DNA of 64,000 nucleotides from Eubacteriales bacterium (GCA_031550435.1 JAVBOO010000012.1:831-64830), one strand, 5' to 3'; shown: positions 1 to 8,752, counted from the first letter of the stretch. The notes: generated from the sequence alone by a model not told the origin. Translations and numbers: made by a program.

Positions 1-122
1 AAAGTGCACTCAACCGGCCACTGTTTAGGTAAAATCTCAAGCTCCGGTCTAATTTGTTCTGACACATCAACCTCGAGCTCAATATTTAAGCTAAAAACGG
101 TCTTGAACGGCACTGCAGCCAC
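1..122 (-). CDS. possible 5' end of a hypothetical protein gene running off the left edge
   Basis: Minus-strand frame is open from GTG at 122-120 to position 1 (VAAVPFKTVFSLNIELEVDVSEQIRPELEILPKQWPVECT...). No recognisable family and a weak RBS. The + strand frame 1 is also open but Ser-rich and looks antisense. Confidence 0.2.
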   Translation of the reverse strand, partial: MAAVPFKTVFSLNIELEVDVSEQIRPELEILPKQWPVECT

Positions 123-190
123 TTCTGTATCTTACATGTAAAACATATTACCATCCAATTATTTTCCGGATACTTTATCAGATTATTAAG

Positions 191-340
191 GTAAACGCTG
201 TTTAATTGACATTGAACAGAAACACGGCTGATTTATTGCTTCGGCAATGATAATCCGATCATCCTTGATCGCGACGGCCGTTATACGGCCTTTGTGCGGA
301 GCGGGAAGCTTGCGGTTGTCCTTGCGGGCACAACCGTTTT
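191..340 (+). repeat. interspersed repeat family D, copy D1 (long form)
   Basis: GTAAACGCTGTTTAATTGAC..CACGGCTGATTTAT..GGCCGTTATACGGCCTTTGTGCGGAGCGGGAAGCTTGCGG aligns with the reverse complement of 25151-25284, and with 1588-1705 and 39749-39840. Confidence 0.65.
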
Positions 341-444
341 GGTTTCGCTGTTTTTTGCGGCCACACTATGTTCCGTGTCGCCTAGAAACAGCCGCCATGA
401 CACAAACAGGACACCCGAGCGAAAATGACAGTTGCTCCCGAGAA

Positions 445-487
445 ACAGAAACCCCCTGCAAACGTTGAGTTTACAGGGGGTTTTGCT
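445..487 (-). terminator. rho-independent terminator downstream of the tRNA-Glu/tRNA-Cys pair (bidirectional shape)
   Basis: AAACCCCCTG (449-458) pairs with CAGGGGGTTT (474-483). T-rich tracts follow the stem on both strands. It lies 3 nt beyond the tRNA-Cys 3' end. Confidence 0.6.
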
Positions 488-489
488 AG

Positions 490-561
490 AGGCGCCACCG
501 AGATTCGGACTCGGGAGTGAAGGTTTTGCAGACCTTTGCCTTACCACTTGGCCATGGCGCC
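490..561 (-). tRNA. tRNA-Cys (anticodon GCA)
   Basis: Hand-folded cloverleaf: acceptor GGCGCCA/TGGCGCC, anticodon arm AAGGT-CTGCAAA-ACCTT, T arm CCGAG-TCCGAAT-CTCGG. No encoded CCA. Confidence 0.85.
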
Positions 562-569
562 GCAATAAA

Positions 570-641
570 TGACTCGTAGGGGAATCGAACCCCTGTTTCA
601 GGCGTGAGAGGCCTACGTCTTAACCGCTTGACCAACGAGCC
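570..641 (-). tRNA. tRNA-Glu (anticodon CUC)
   Basis: GGCTCGTTGGTCAAGCGGTTAAGAC... closely resembles Firmicute tRNA-Glu. Anticodon arm TAGGC-CTCTCAC-GCCTG, T arm AGGGG-TTCGATT-CCCCT. It lies 8 nt upstream of tRNA-Cys. Confidence 0.85.
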
Positions 642-660
642 ATTGCTACTACGAATTGAG

Positions 661-689
661 ATTATACTAGAAAAATTGCGTAATGTCAA
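661..689 (-). promoter_or_regulatory. sigma-A type promoter for the tRNA-Glu/Cys unit
   Basis: On the minus strand: TTGACA (689-684), 17-nt spacer, TATAAT (666-661), about 20 nt upstream of tRNA-Glu. Confidence 0.6.
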
Positions 690-740
690 GTTTAAATTAT
701 AATGCTGTTAAAAAATGCTGTTAAAAAAACGCATTCTATT

Positions 741-835
741 GAGGCGAAAATCAAACATTTCGCTAAACTTGTCGCTTCAATACCCAATAACCGCAGTGCC
801 GGTATAAGGGGATAATTAAACCGTATGGTTTAATC
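741..835 (+). repeat. interspersed repeat family A, copy A1 (degenerate)
   Basis: GAGGCGAAAATCAAACATTTCGCTAAACTTGTCGCTTCAAT...GGTATAAGGGGATAATTAAACCGTATGGTTTAATC matches the family A consensus. The middle hairpin is decayed. Confidence 0.6.
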
Positions 836-944
836 GGGAAATCAATACCCAATTGCAATATAAAGTTTAACAAAATTTCCAACCGTGTTTTGACTCAGCG
901 AGCATTTAGACAGCTGTTTTCGCCCACTCCCTTTTCACTGTCAT

Positions 945-987
945 TTATTTGCTTTTTTATTTGCTTTTTATTTGCTTTTTATTTGCT
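945..987. repeat. tandem repeat, 4 x about 11 bp (ATTTGCTTTTT)
   Basis: ATTTGC recurs at 947, 959, 970 and 981 (periods 12, 11, 11) in a gene-free region. Confidence 0.8.
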
Positions 988-1104
988 GGCAGTGGTGCAA
1001 AACTCAAATTTTTCGCAGTAGTGTCCGAAAGATATCGGCGAGCGAAGCCCGGTTTCGCGAAGCAAAACACGTGAGCAGCGTAGAAAAGCGAGCACTAACG
1101 AATT

Positions 1105-1265
1105 TATTACCGCGGAAGTTAAATACCGTATAAAATACTTACGCGGTTACTCGTGCCGAGCAGACGCGTTTCTGCGTCTTAGCGAGGGAACAACAAAATA
1201 TAGCGTTTTCCTATATTCTGTTGCCGAAGTAATATTACCGCGGAAGTTAAATACCGCATAAGTAC
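1105..1265 (+). repeat. interspersed repeat family C, copy C1 (full length, with terminal direct repeat)
   Basis: ATTACCGCGGAAGTTAAATACCGTATAAAATACTTACGCGGTTACTCGTGCCGAGCAGACGCGTTTCTGCGTCTTAGCGAGGGAACAACAAAATATAGCGTTTTCCTATATTCTGTTGCCGAAGTAATATTACCGCGGAAGTTAAATACCGCATAAG. It reads as three hairpins and aligns with the reverse complement of 57889-58010. Confidence 0.7.
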
Positions 1266-1348
1266 CCGATTATGAGTCAAAAACCGGTATTGCACCGTTG
1301 CCTGCTTCTTACTTTTTAGAGAATCTGTCAAAATTTTTTTTAAAGTTG

Positions 1349-1377
1349 TTGACAGCGCAACCCTCTTATGTTAATAT
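1349..1377 (+). promoter_or_regulatory. sigma-A type promoter for tRNA-Gly
   Basis: TTGACA (1349-1354), 17-nt spacer, TAATAT (1372-1377), with an A/T-rich tract upstream. About 25 nt from the tRNA start. Confidence 0.6.
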
Positions 1378-1401
1378 ATTGTTCGGACTTTTAAGAGCCT
1401 C

Positions 1402-1472
1402 GCGGGTGTAGTTCATTGGTAGAACACCAGCCTTCCAAGCTGGATAGGTGGGTCCGATTCCCATCACCCGCT
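1402..1472 (+). tRNA. tRNA-Gly (anticodon UCC)
   Basis: GCGGGTG-TA-GTTC-ATTGGTA-GAAC-A-CCAGC-CTTCCAA-GCTGG-ATAG-GTGGG-TCCGATT-CCCAT-CACCCGC-T. No encoded CCA. Confidence 0.85.
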
Positions 1473-1500
1473 TTTAAAAAGAAGCATCGTGTTATTTAGT

Positions 1501-1541
1501 AAAAAGCCAACAATTCACGGATTGTTGGCTTTTTATTTTTT
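1501..1541 (+). terminator. rho-independent terminator after tRNA-Gly
   Basis: AGCCAACAAT (1505-1514), loop TCACGG, ATTGTTGGCT (1521-1530), followed by TTTTTATTTTTT. Confidence 0.8.
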
Positions 1542-1587
1542 ATCGAAGTTCAAAATTGACCCCGCTAGCACCCTTAAGCTTAAGCTA

Positions 1588-1705
1588 AAGCGGTTGCGCT
1601 GCGAAGTGGCAACCTCAATCATCCAGCCCTCACAAAGGCCATATAACGGACGTTGCTGACAAGGATGCGCGGAATAAATCAGCCGGTATCAGACCAAGTG
1701 AAATA
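1588..1705 (-). repeat. interspersed repeat family D, copy D3
   Basis: AAAGCGGTTGCGCTGCGAAG...CTCACAAAGGCCATATAACGGACG...GCGCGGAATAAATCAGCCGGTATCAGACCAAGTGA is colinear with 25151-25284. It ends about 11 nt from the stop of the adjacent methyltransferase gene. Confidence 0.6.
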
Positions 1706-1715
1706 CGGCGTATAC

Positions 1716-2321
1716 CTAAGATTTCATTGCGTCCAGTATAAAAAGCGAAGCGTCCTGACCCATGAATATTCCGTTTTCACTGTGAAATATTATGGATTCC
1801 GCCTCGGTAAAACCTATATCAAGCAAGATATCGGCCAGGCTGTTACGGTCGAATCCGTTATGAACTTCGCTTGAAACAATTGCTTCGTTCTTGTTAAAGT
1901 CAACAACAAGCAAGTGCCCGCCCTGATTCAAAACTTCAAATAACGATGACAGAATCGGTTTAACTTCTTTTATATGCAGCAGAGTCTGCGCTAAGATAAC
2001 ATAGTCCGCCCGCAATCCGTCCTTTCGCTCTTTTTCCAAATCGCAGCAAAGCACTGCCGCATTGTCCGCCTTCATATCGGCAATCTTCTGTCTTACCTGT
2101 TCAATCATATTGTGAGCCGCATCCACAAAAAGCACTGACCGAAAATCGTTAAGCAGCCGCAGTCCGACAAGACCTGTTCCGCAGCCGTAATCAATTGCAG
2201 TCTTCTCGCCGCCGTCGATTATATACGTTCTGACGGTATCGGCTATTATTCCGGCTATTCTCGTCCTGTCCCGAGTATCATATATGTTTGCGATACTTTC
2301 AAACTTTTCTATGTTTCCCAT
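1716..2321 (-). CDS. class I SAM-dependent methyltransferase
   Basis: 201-aa ORF with SAM-binding motif DYGCGTGLVG. Its start overlaps the stop of the upstream MFS gene. Confidence 0.8.
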   Translation of the reverse strand: MGNIEKFESIANIYDTRDRTRIAGIIADTVRTYIIDGGEKTAIDYGCGTGLVGLRLLNDFRSVLFVDAAHNMIEQVRQKIADMKADNAAVLCCDLEKERKDGLRADYVILAQTLLHIKEVKPILSSLFEVLNQGGHLLVVDFNKNEAIVSSEVHNGFDRNSLADILLDIGFTEAESIIFHSENGIFMGQDASLFILDAMKS

Positions 2322-3583
2322 TTGTTGCTATCTCCCTCCGGAGCGTTTTTAAACGGTTCTTCACCCGCCTGAACCAACTCTTTGCGCTTGTACAGAACAA
2401 GGCCGCCGGCCATCATCAATGCCCCTGTTATAATCAGCAGAAGCTCGATCTTAACCTTGTCTCCGAGCGGGCCGAATAACGCTATTCCGAGAGGCATAGC
2501 CAGTCCGCTCAGCATCGACATTGCGCTGAACACCCGCCCCATCAGCTGAGGAGGAATTTTCGTCTGCATCAGCGTCATGCTTGGTGTGTTGTAGAGCGGC
2601 ATAGTACAGCCGCAGAATATCATAACGCCTATATATACCCAAAAATTCGGCGTCACGCCGAAAAGCAGCGTCGACAGGCCAAACAGCAGCCATGCGAGTA
2701 CCATAGTGTGTACTTTGTTCTTAAAACCGCCCCAGACGGATATGGCTATTCCTCCAATCATCATGCCTACAGCAAAGACAATCTCAATCAATGCAAGCCG
2801 CCAGACATCTTCGCCAAAAGTTCTTCTGACCTGAAGCGGTGTCAGCATCGCCGCGGGCGAAGCCAGAATCATGAACAGCGCCGAGGCAACAAACAGGGTT
2901 TTTAGCCAAGCCTGCCCGACGATAAAACGCAGGCCTTCCTTCATCTCATTATAATAAGCCCTTGCCCCCGCGCTGTGTTCTCCTTGATTTTCGGCGGAGG
3001 AAACCTTTACGCAAAAGAAAACCACGGCGATTCCTACGGCGGCCGTAATTACGTCTATAAAAAATATTGTCTCAATCGGCAAAAAGGTCAACAGCGCGCC
3101 GGCAACCATAGGCGCGGCAAACATAGTGAGAGACTGCGCCGCGCTCTGTATACCGTTAAACCGCGCCAAATGCTCTTTGGGCACAATCTGAGGAATCAAC
3201 GCGCTAACCGCCGGCTGCTGCACTCCCTGCCCGATACTTCTGGCCATAACCGCAAACAACAGCACCCATACGCTCCTGACACCCGCGAGATATAAAAGCG
3301 CGAGGACAAGCGTTATCACAGCTATAGCACCGTCAGAAATATTTACAAGATATTTGCGGTTGTGCCTGTCTGCCCAAACTCCGGCAAACGGCGATATAAA
3401 TACCATCGGCAGCATTGCGGCGCAAGTGAAAAGCGCCACAAAAATGCCCGACTGCTTCTCTATCGTGACATGCCATGTAATCGCATGAGAAACCAGCATT
3501 GAGCCGAACATAGACATAAACTGCCCCGAAATGAAAAATACCGCGTTTCGTTTCCATTTACTTGAGTCAACTTTGGTTTGCAT
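2309..3583 (-). CDS. MFS transporter (drug/siderophore-exporter-like)
   Basis: 424-aa ORF, hydrophobic throughout with about 12 TM segments and typical MFS loop spacing. Confidence 0.75.
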   Translation of the reverse strand: MQTKVDSSKWKRNAVFFISGQFMSMFGSMLVSHAITWHVTIEKQSGIFVALFTCAAMLPMVFISPFAGVWADRHNRKYLVNISDGAIAVITLVLALLYLAGVRSVWVLLFAVMARSIGQGVQQPAVSALIPQIVPKEHLARFNGIQSAAQSLTMFAAPMVAGALLTFLPIETIFFIDVITAAVGIAVVFFCVKVSSAENQGEHSAGARAYYNEMKEGLRFIVGQAWLKTLFVASALFMILASPAAMLTPLQVRRTFGEDVWRLALIEIVFAVGMMIGGIAISVWGGFKNKVHTMVLAWLLFGLSTLLFGVTPNFWVYIGVMIFCGCTMPLYNTPSMTLMQTKIPPQLMGRVFSAMSMLSGLAMPLGIALFGPLGDKVKIELLLIITGALMMAGGLVLYKRKELVQAGEEPFKNAPEGDSNKWET

Positions 3584-3669
3584 AATCCGGTCTCCTTATA
3601 CAGTGTTATTAGTATTACTTTTCCTTAACAGGATGCCATTCGCTGTGCAACCGTTCAAAGTAGAGTTCG

Positions 3670-5418
3670 TCATATCCTGATTCTTTCTTCGGCAAACTGC
3701 ATATTGTACAGCTTCCTGTAAATCCCGTCTTTTGCCATAAGCTCCGAATGCGTTCCGTCTTCCGCAATACCGTTTTCGGTAAGTACCAGTATACGCTCTG
3801 CGTTTTTTATCGTTGAAAGCCTGTGCGCGATTACAAACGTGGTACGATTCTTAGCCAATCTCTCAAAACTGTCCTGAACGATCTGTTCGCTTTCGTTATC
3901 TAAAGATGATGTTGCTTCGTCGAATATAAGTATGGGCGGATTCTTAAGAAAAACTCTGGCTATAGATATCCTTTGCTTTTGACCTCCGGAAAGCTTTATA
4001 CCTCTTTGCCCGATATAGGTGTCATAACCTTCCGGCAGCTTCATGATGAACTCGTGAGCGTTCGCGTTCTTTGCCGCCTCAACGACTTCCTCTCTCGTCG
4101 GGTTCGCTTTTCCGTAACTGATGTTTTCGTAAACCGTACCCGCAAACAGGTACACATCCTGCTGAACGCTTCCGATATTTTGCCTGAGTGATTCTTGGGT
4201 AACACTGCGCACATCCGTACCGTCTATTTCCACGCTGCCTTCAGTCACATCATAAAACCTCGGTATGAGGTTGCAAAGCGTTGTTTTGCCTACACCGGAC
4301 GAGCCGACAAGGGCTATGTACGAACCCTTTTTCGCCTTAAGACTCAAATTCTTAAGCACATAGTCCGACTCGAAAGAATATCTGAAGCCGACGTTTTTAA
4401 ATTCTATGCTTCCGCTTACATTCGTTAGCTCAGCGGCACCTTCAACATCGTCGATATCGGGCGTTATATCCATTATTTCAAGAAAACGCGTAAAACCCGT
4501 CATCCCGTTCTGATACTGCTCGGTGAACCTTATCAGTTGCTGGATAGGGCTGATAAGCAGATTAATATACAAAAGAAACGTTATAAGGTCAGACATTTTC
4601 AGTATGTTGTTGAGTATCAACAGTCCTCCTCCGACGGCGACAACCGCATTGACAATAGCGAGCAGCAGACCTATGCCCCCGTGGAAACCGGCCATTACTC
4701 TGTACGCGCGTCTTTTGGATTTAACGAACCCTTCGTTTCCCTCGTTAAACTTATCGATTTCGAGTCCTTCGTTTGCGAATGACTTAACTACTCTTATCCC
4801 GGAAAGCGAATCTTCGATACGCATGTTTATGTCGGCAACGCTTTCGCGGTTCTTTTTGAACGCGGCGTTCATTTTTCTGTTCGATTTAAACGCGAACAAA
4901 CCGACTGCCGGCAGGAAAGCGAATATAACCAGCGTCAGGAGCCAATTTATATTGATAAGAACAATAAAAGAACCGAGTATTCTGACGAACGAAATTACAA
5001 GATCCTCGGGCCCGTGGTGCGAAAGCTCCGTCATATCGTTTAGATCATGGGTAATTCTACTCATCAGCTGGCCGGTTTTTCTTTCGTCATAGAAGCTGAA
5101 CGGCAAACGCTGCAAGTGTGTGAAAATTTCCTTGCGCATATCGTATTCGATTTTCGCTCCGGTAACGTGACCGTAATAATTAATGAAAAAATTGCTGACA
5201 TACTCAATAACCATCAAACCGATAAAAGCGGCAAGCACTTTAAATATCAGCTGTATACCCTCGTCCCTCGGAAGGGCTGTCGCCTGAGCGGTAATAACTC
5301 TGACAAGCATCGGGTAGGCCAGAGCCGTGAGTGACGCAACAAAGGCGAAAAACAAATCGGCGATTATCATACCTTTATAGGGTTTGTAATATGTCAAAAA
5401 ACGCTTGAATTTACTCAA
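3670..5418 (-). CDS. ABC exporter, fused permease/ATP-binding protein (MsbA/MdlB-like)
   Basis: 582 aa. N-terminal 6-TM domain, Walker A GSSGVGKTT, signature LSGGQKQRISIAR, Walker B ILIFDEATS. TTG start with AAGGGGA RBS. Confidence 0.85.
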   Translation of the reverse strand: MSKFKRFLTYYKPYKGMIIADLFFAFVASLTALAYPMLVRVITAQATALPRDEGIQLIFKVLAAFIGLMVIEYVSNFFINYYGHVTGAKIEYDMRKEIFTHLQRLPFSFYDERKTGQLMSRITHDLNDMTELSHHGPEDLVISFVRILGSFIVLININWLLTLVIFAFLPAVGLFAFKSNRKMNAAFKKNRESVADINMRIEDSLSGIRVVKSFANEGLEIDKFNEGNEGFVKSKRRAYRVMAGFHGGIGLLLAIVNAVVAVGGGLLILNNILKMSDLITFLLYINLLISPIQQLIRFTEQYQNGMTGFTRFLEIMDITPDIDDVEGAAELTNVSGSIEFKNVGFRYSFESDYVLKNLSLKAKKGSYIALVGSSGVGKTTLCNLIPRFYDVTEGSVEIDGTDVRSVTQESLRQNIGSVQQDVYLFAGTVYENISYGKANPTREEVVEAAKNANAHEFIMKLPEGYDTYIGQRGIKLSGGQKQRISIARVFLKNPPILIFDEATSSLDNESEQIVQDSFERLAKNRTTFVIAHRLSTIKNAERILVLTENGIAEDGTHSELMAKDGIYRKLYNMQFAEERIRI

Positions 5419-5428
5419 TTTTATCCCC

Positions 5429-7405
5429 TTAGTGTTTTTTCTTGTGTACGTTTCTTATAGTTTTCTTCTTTGTTTTGAAGCCATTGTCTCTGATGCCGCG
5501 TTCTTCGCCTCTCTGCCCGGCTCCCTGTGTTTTTTTGCCGCCAAGACCGTCAGACTCTGGGGCCTTTTTTTGCCACGGTTTTTCGCCCTGCCGCGCAAAT
5601 TGCCTTCCCTGAGCTTTTCTCGGTCTGATAAGACATTTCGCGCCGAAACCTATCAAGTCATCCCTGCCGGCTTTTGTAAGCGCTTCTTTGACCAGCTCAT
5701 AGTTCTGAGGAAGCCTATACTGTATGAGCGCCCTTTGCATAGCCTTTTCATGCGGATTTTTCGGTACATATACCTCTTTGCCCGTTTCGGGATCAATACC
5801 GGTATAGTACATGCATGTCGATACTGTCGCCGGGGTAGGATAAAAATCCTGAACTTGCTCGGGGTTCATCTTGCGCTCATGCAAAAATTCCGCAAGCTCT
5901 ATCGCGGATTTTAGCGTGCTTCCGGGGTGAGACGACATAAGATAAGGTACAACATATTGCTCCATGCCAAGCCTATTGTTCATGTTCGCAAATTTAGCGA
6001 CAAAATCCTCATATACACTTCTCCCCGGCTTTCCCATCATACGCAAAACATCGTCGCTGACGTGTTCCGGAGCTATTTTAAGCTGACCGCTGACATGGTA
6101 TTTTGTCAGCTGTTCAAGAAAATCGCTTTTCTTGTCCGAAAGCAAATAATCATAGCGTATGCCCGAGCGTATAAACACTTTTTTGATACCGGGCAACTCA
6201 CGCAAGCTTTTGAGCAGCTTGATATAATCAGAATGATCCGAATCTAAATTTTTGCAGGGAGCGGGAAACAAGCAGCGCTTATTATTGCATACGCCGCTCT
6301 CGATCTGTTTTTTACAGGCCGCTTTTCTGAAATTAGCGGTAGGTCCGCCGACATCATGGATATATCCTTTAAAATCCGGCTCGTTCGTAAACCTTACCGC
6401 TTCTTCGATAATAGACTTATGGCTCCTTGATGTCACCGTTCTGCCCTGATGAAATGTGAGCGCGCAAAAATTGCAGCTGCCGAAGCAGCCTCTGCTGCTC
6501 GCGATACTGAACTTAACTTCCTCTATCGCCGGAACCCCCAAGCCCTTGTCACTATACATTCTGTGCGGGGCGTTCATCAGCTTCATGGAATAAACCTCGT
6601 CAAGCTCTCTTTCTGAAAGAGGCTTCGCGGGAACGTTCTGCACTACATATATACCTTCGTATTTTTCCGCCAAAGGAACGGCTGTTATCCAATCCGTGTT
6701 TTCATACTGCAATTTGAAACTTTCCGCATATAAAGCCTTGTTTTTATAAACCACCGCGTAGGAAGGAAGCTCGATACAATTTTTTATGTCAGTTATATCA
6801 TTTGTCTTAAAAACCGTTCCCGGCTCATCTCTTATATCCGTGATTTTCTCGCCGTTTTTCAGCCTTTCGGCAATTTTACATATCTGTCTTTCGCCCATAC
6901 CGTAAACGATGATATCACATCCGGACTCGAGCAAGATCGAGCGGCGCAGCTTGTCGGAAATATAATCATAATGAGCAAGTCTTCTAAGACTTGCCTCGAT
7001 TCCGCCGGTTATCACGGGTACGTTCGGATACAGCTGTTTAATTTTATTACAATACACTATCGTTGCTCTATCGGGACGAAGTCCGATTTGTCCGCCCGGA
7101 GAGTAGCTGTCTTTTTGTCTGCGTTTTTTCGCGACGGAATAATGATTAACCATCGGGTCGATATTTCCGCCTGTTACCAAAAAAGCCAACTTGGGTCTTC
7201 CGAACACCCCGAAGCTGTCAAGCCGGTTCCATTCCGGCTGGGCAATCACTCCGACCGAATACCCTCTTTTTTCAAGCAATCTTCCGATTAAGGCCGCACC
7301 GAACGATATGTGATCAACATATGCGTCACCGGTCACAAGCACAAAATCAACACCGTCAAGTCCCCTTTGACGCATTTCCTCGGCCGTTACAGGCATGAAA
7401 TCCAT
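5429..7405 (-). CDS. ygiQ: YgiQ family radical SAM protein (UPF0313)
   Basis: 658 aa. The N-terminus MPVTAEEMRQRG..FVLVTGDAYVDHISFG is typical of YgiQ. Radical-SAM cluster CFGSCNFC and a basic K/R/G-rich C-terminal tail. Confidence 0.85.
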   Translation of the reverse strand: MDFMPVTAEEMRQRGLDGVDFVLVTGDAYVDHISFGAALIGRLLEKRGYSVGVIAQPEWNRLDSFGVFGRPKLAFLVTGGNIDPMVNHYSVAKKRRQKDSYSPGGQIGLRPDRATIVYCNKIKQLYPNVPVITGGIEASLRRLAHYDYISDKLRRSILLESGCDIIVYGMGERQICKIAERLKNGEKITDIRDEPGTVFKTNDITDIKNCIELPSYAVVYKNKALYAESFKLQYENTDWITAVPLAEKYEGIYVVQNVPAKPLSERELDEVYSMKLMNAPHRMYSDKGLGVPAIEEVKFSIASSRGCFGSCNFCALTFHQGRTVTSRSHKSIIEEAVRFTNEPDFKGYIHDVGGPTANFRKAACKKQIESGVCNNKRCLFPAPCKNLDSDHSDYIKLLKSLRELPGIKKVFIRSGIRYDYLLSDKKSDFLEQLTKYHVSGQLKIAPEHVSDDVLRMMGKPGRSVYEDFVAKFANMNNRLGMEQYVVPYLMSSHPGSTLKSAIELAEFLHERKMNPEQVQDFYPTPATVSTCMYYTGIDPETGKEVYVPKNPHEKAMQRALIQYRLPQNYELVKEALTKAGRDDLIGFGAKCLIRPRKAQGRQFARQGEKPWQKKAPESDGLGGKKTQGAGQRGEERGIRDNGFKTKKKTIRNVHKKKH

Positions 7406-7417
7406 AATACACTCTCG

Positions 7418-8752
7418 CTATAATAATTTTCTGTTCTTCATTCTCCCGTTCACGGTCTTTCCGAAACCCAGCGGATGACCGTCGCAGCAAAACAAATTAT
7501 AACCCTCTGCAGTACCCGCGTCAAACGAAAGTCCTGCCAAATAATCGGAAACCTGCCTGCTTTCCGAATCAAAGCTGACGGTTCCCGAAAAATCGTCGGA
7601 TCTGAGCGCCATGGCTAAGGCCTGCGACGGTTCGAACTTAGCACCCTTTACCTCTCCCAGATACAGCCCGGGCCTTACAACTTTTATTCCACGCATATCC
7701 GGCAGGTCTTCCGGCAATAAATACAAATGATCCTTTCGCCGCTCAAAGCGCTCGGATACAAAGAATCCGTCCGAAATATACTTTGACCGAAACTCACCGA
7801 ACTCTGCGCCCGCGGCTGACTTGACCGTTTCGTTCTTGTCGTATCGAGTGAAACGACCGTCTTTTTTCCTGAATATCGCCGTGAAGTGCCCTTCCCCCTT
7901 TGCTTTGTGAGGGAAAATCCTTGCGCAGCCGGTAAAGCCGTTGAGCCCGGCAGATATGCCGTGTTTCCGTGTTTCTGCGGAAACAAGCTCAAATTCTCCG
8001 AACAACCCGAGAAATTTTTCAACCGTCCCTTCGTTTTCGGTCGTGTTGAATGTACAGGTCGAATACGACATCATGCCGCCTTGCTTAAGCATTTTTGCGC
8101 AGGACACGAGTATGTCGAGCTGGATAACCGAGCATTCCGAGGGGCTGTATCTCTCCCACTCCGAAACGGCTCCCGTGTCCTTCCGGAACATGCCCTCTCC
8201 CGAACAGGGAGCATCGACCAGTATTTTGTCAAAAAAACCGGGCAAACGCAGAGAAAGTCTCTCGGGGACATCGTTAGTCACAACGCAGTTTTTTATTCCG
8301 GCCTGCTCGATGTTTTTTACAAGCGGTATACATCTCGAGGCCTTGTTATCGTTAGAAACTATCAAGCCCGTTCCTTTAAGCTTGGAGGCGAGCTGAGTCG
8401 TCTTCCCGCCCGGGGCGGCGCAAATATCGAGAACCTTGTCGCCTTCGCGTATTTCGAGCAAAGCCGCCGGAAGCATTGCGGAAGGCTCCTGTATATAGAA
8501 AAGCCCCGCCTGATACAGAGCAGACTTCGATGGCCTGTCCCCCTCGGAAAAATAAAACCCCGTATCGCACCACGGGACGCGCTCGTTCAAAAATTTAAGC
8601 TTTGACTCCAAAAAGTATGCGTCGGTCTTTAGCTCGTTTACCCTGAGCCCGCTAACGCCCGGCATGGAGAGCGACTTGATAAACTCCCCGTACTCGGACT
8701 CTCCAAACATGTTCTTCATAGAGCTGTGAAATTTTTCCGGTAATTCTTTCAT
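7418..8752 (-). CDS. rRNA cytosine-C5 methyltransferase, NOL1/NOP2/Sun (RsmB/RsmF-like)
   Basis: 444 aa with motifs DICAAPGGKT, DAPCSGEGMFRK and YSTCT. Confidence 0.8.
   Translation of the reverse strand: MKELPEKFHSSMKNMFGESEYGEFIKSLSMPGVSGLRVNELKTDAYFLESKLKFLNERVPWCDTGFYFSEGDRPSKSALYQAGLFYIQEPSAMLPAALLEIREGDKVLDICAAPGGKTTQLASKLKGTGLIVSNDNKASRCIPLVKNIEQAGIKNCVVTNDVPERLSLRLPGFFDKILVDAPCSGEGMFRKDTGAVSEWERYSPSECSVIQLDILVSCAKMLKQGGMMSYSTCTFNTTENEGTVEKFLGLFGEFELVSAETRKHGISAGLNGFTGCARIFPHKAKGEGHFTAIFRKKDGRFTRYDKNETVKSAAGAEFGEFRSKYISDGFFVSERFERRKDHLYLLPEDLPDMRGIKVVRPGLYLGEVKGAKFEPSQALAMALRSDDFSGTVSFDSESRQVSDYLAGLSFDAGTAEGYNLFCCDGHPLGFGKTVNGRMKNRKLL

Noticed and set aside
247-689. Three ORF-track entries (247-468 +, 281-565 -, 486-689 -).
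   Set aside because: They run through family D repeat D1, a terminator hairpin and the two tRNA genes. They have no RBS and no protein-like composition.
945-987. Short tandem repeat considered as a possible CRISPR remnant.
   Set aside because: The 11-bp units are directly abutting with no spacers, there are only four units, and no cas genes are nearby. It is a simple microsatellite-like tandem repeat.
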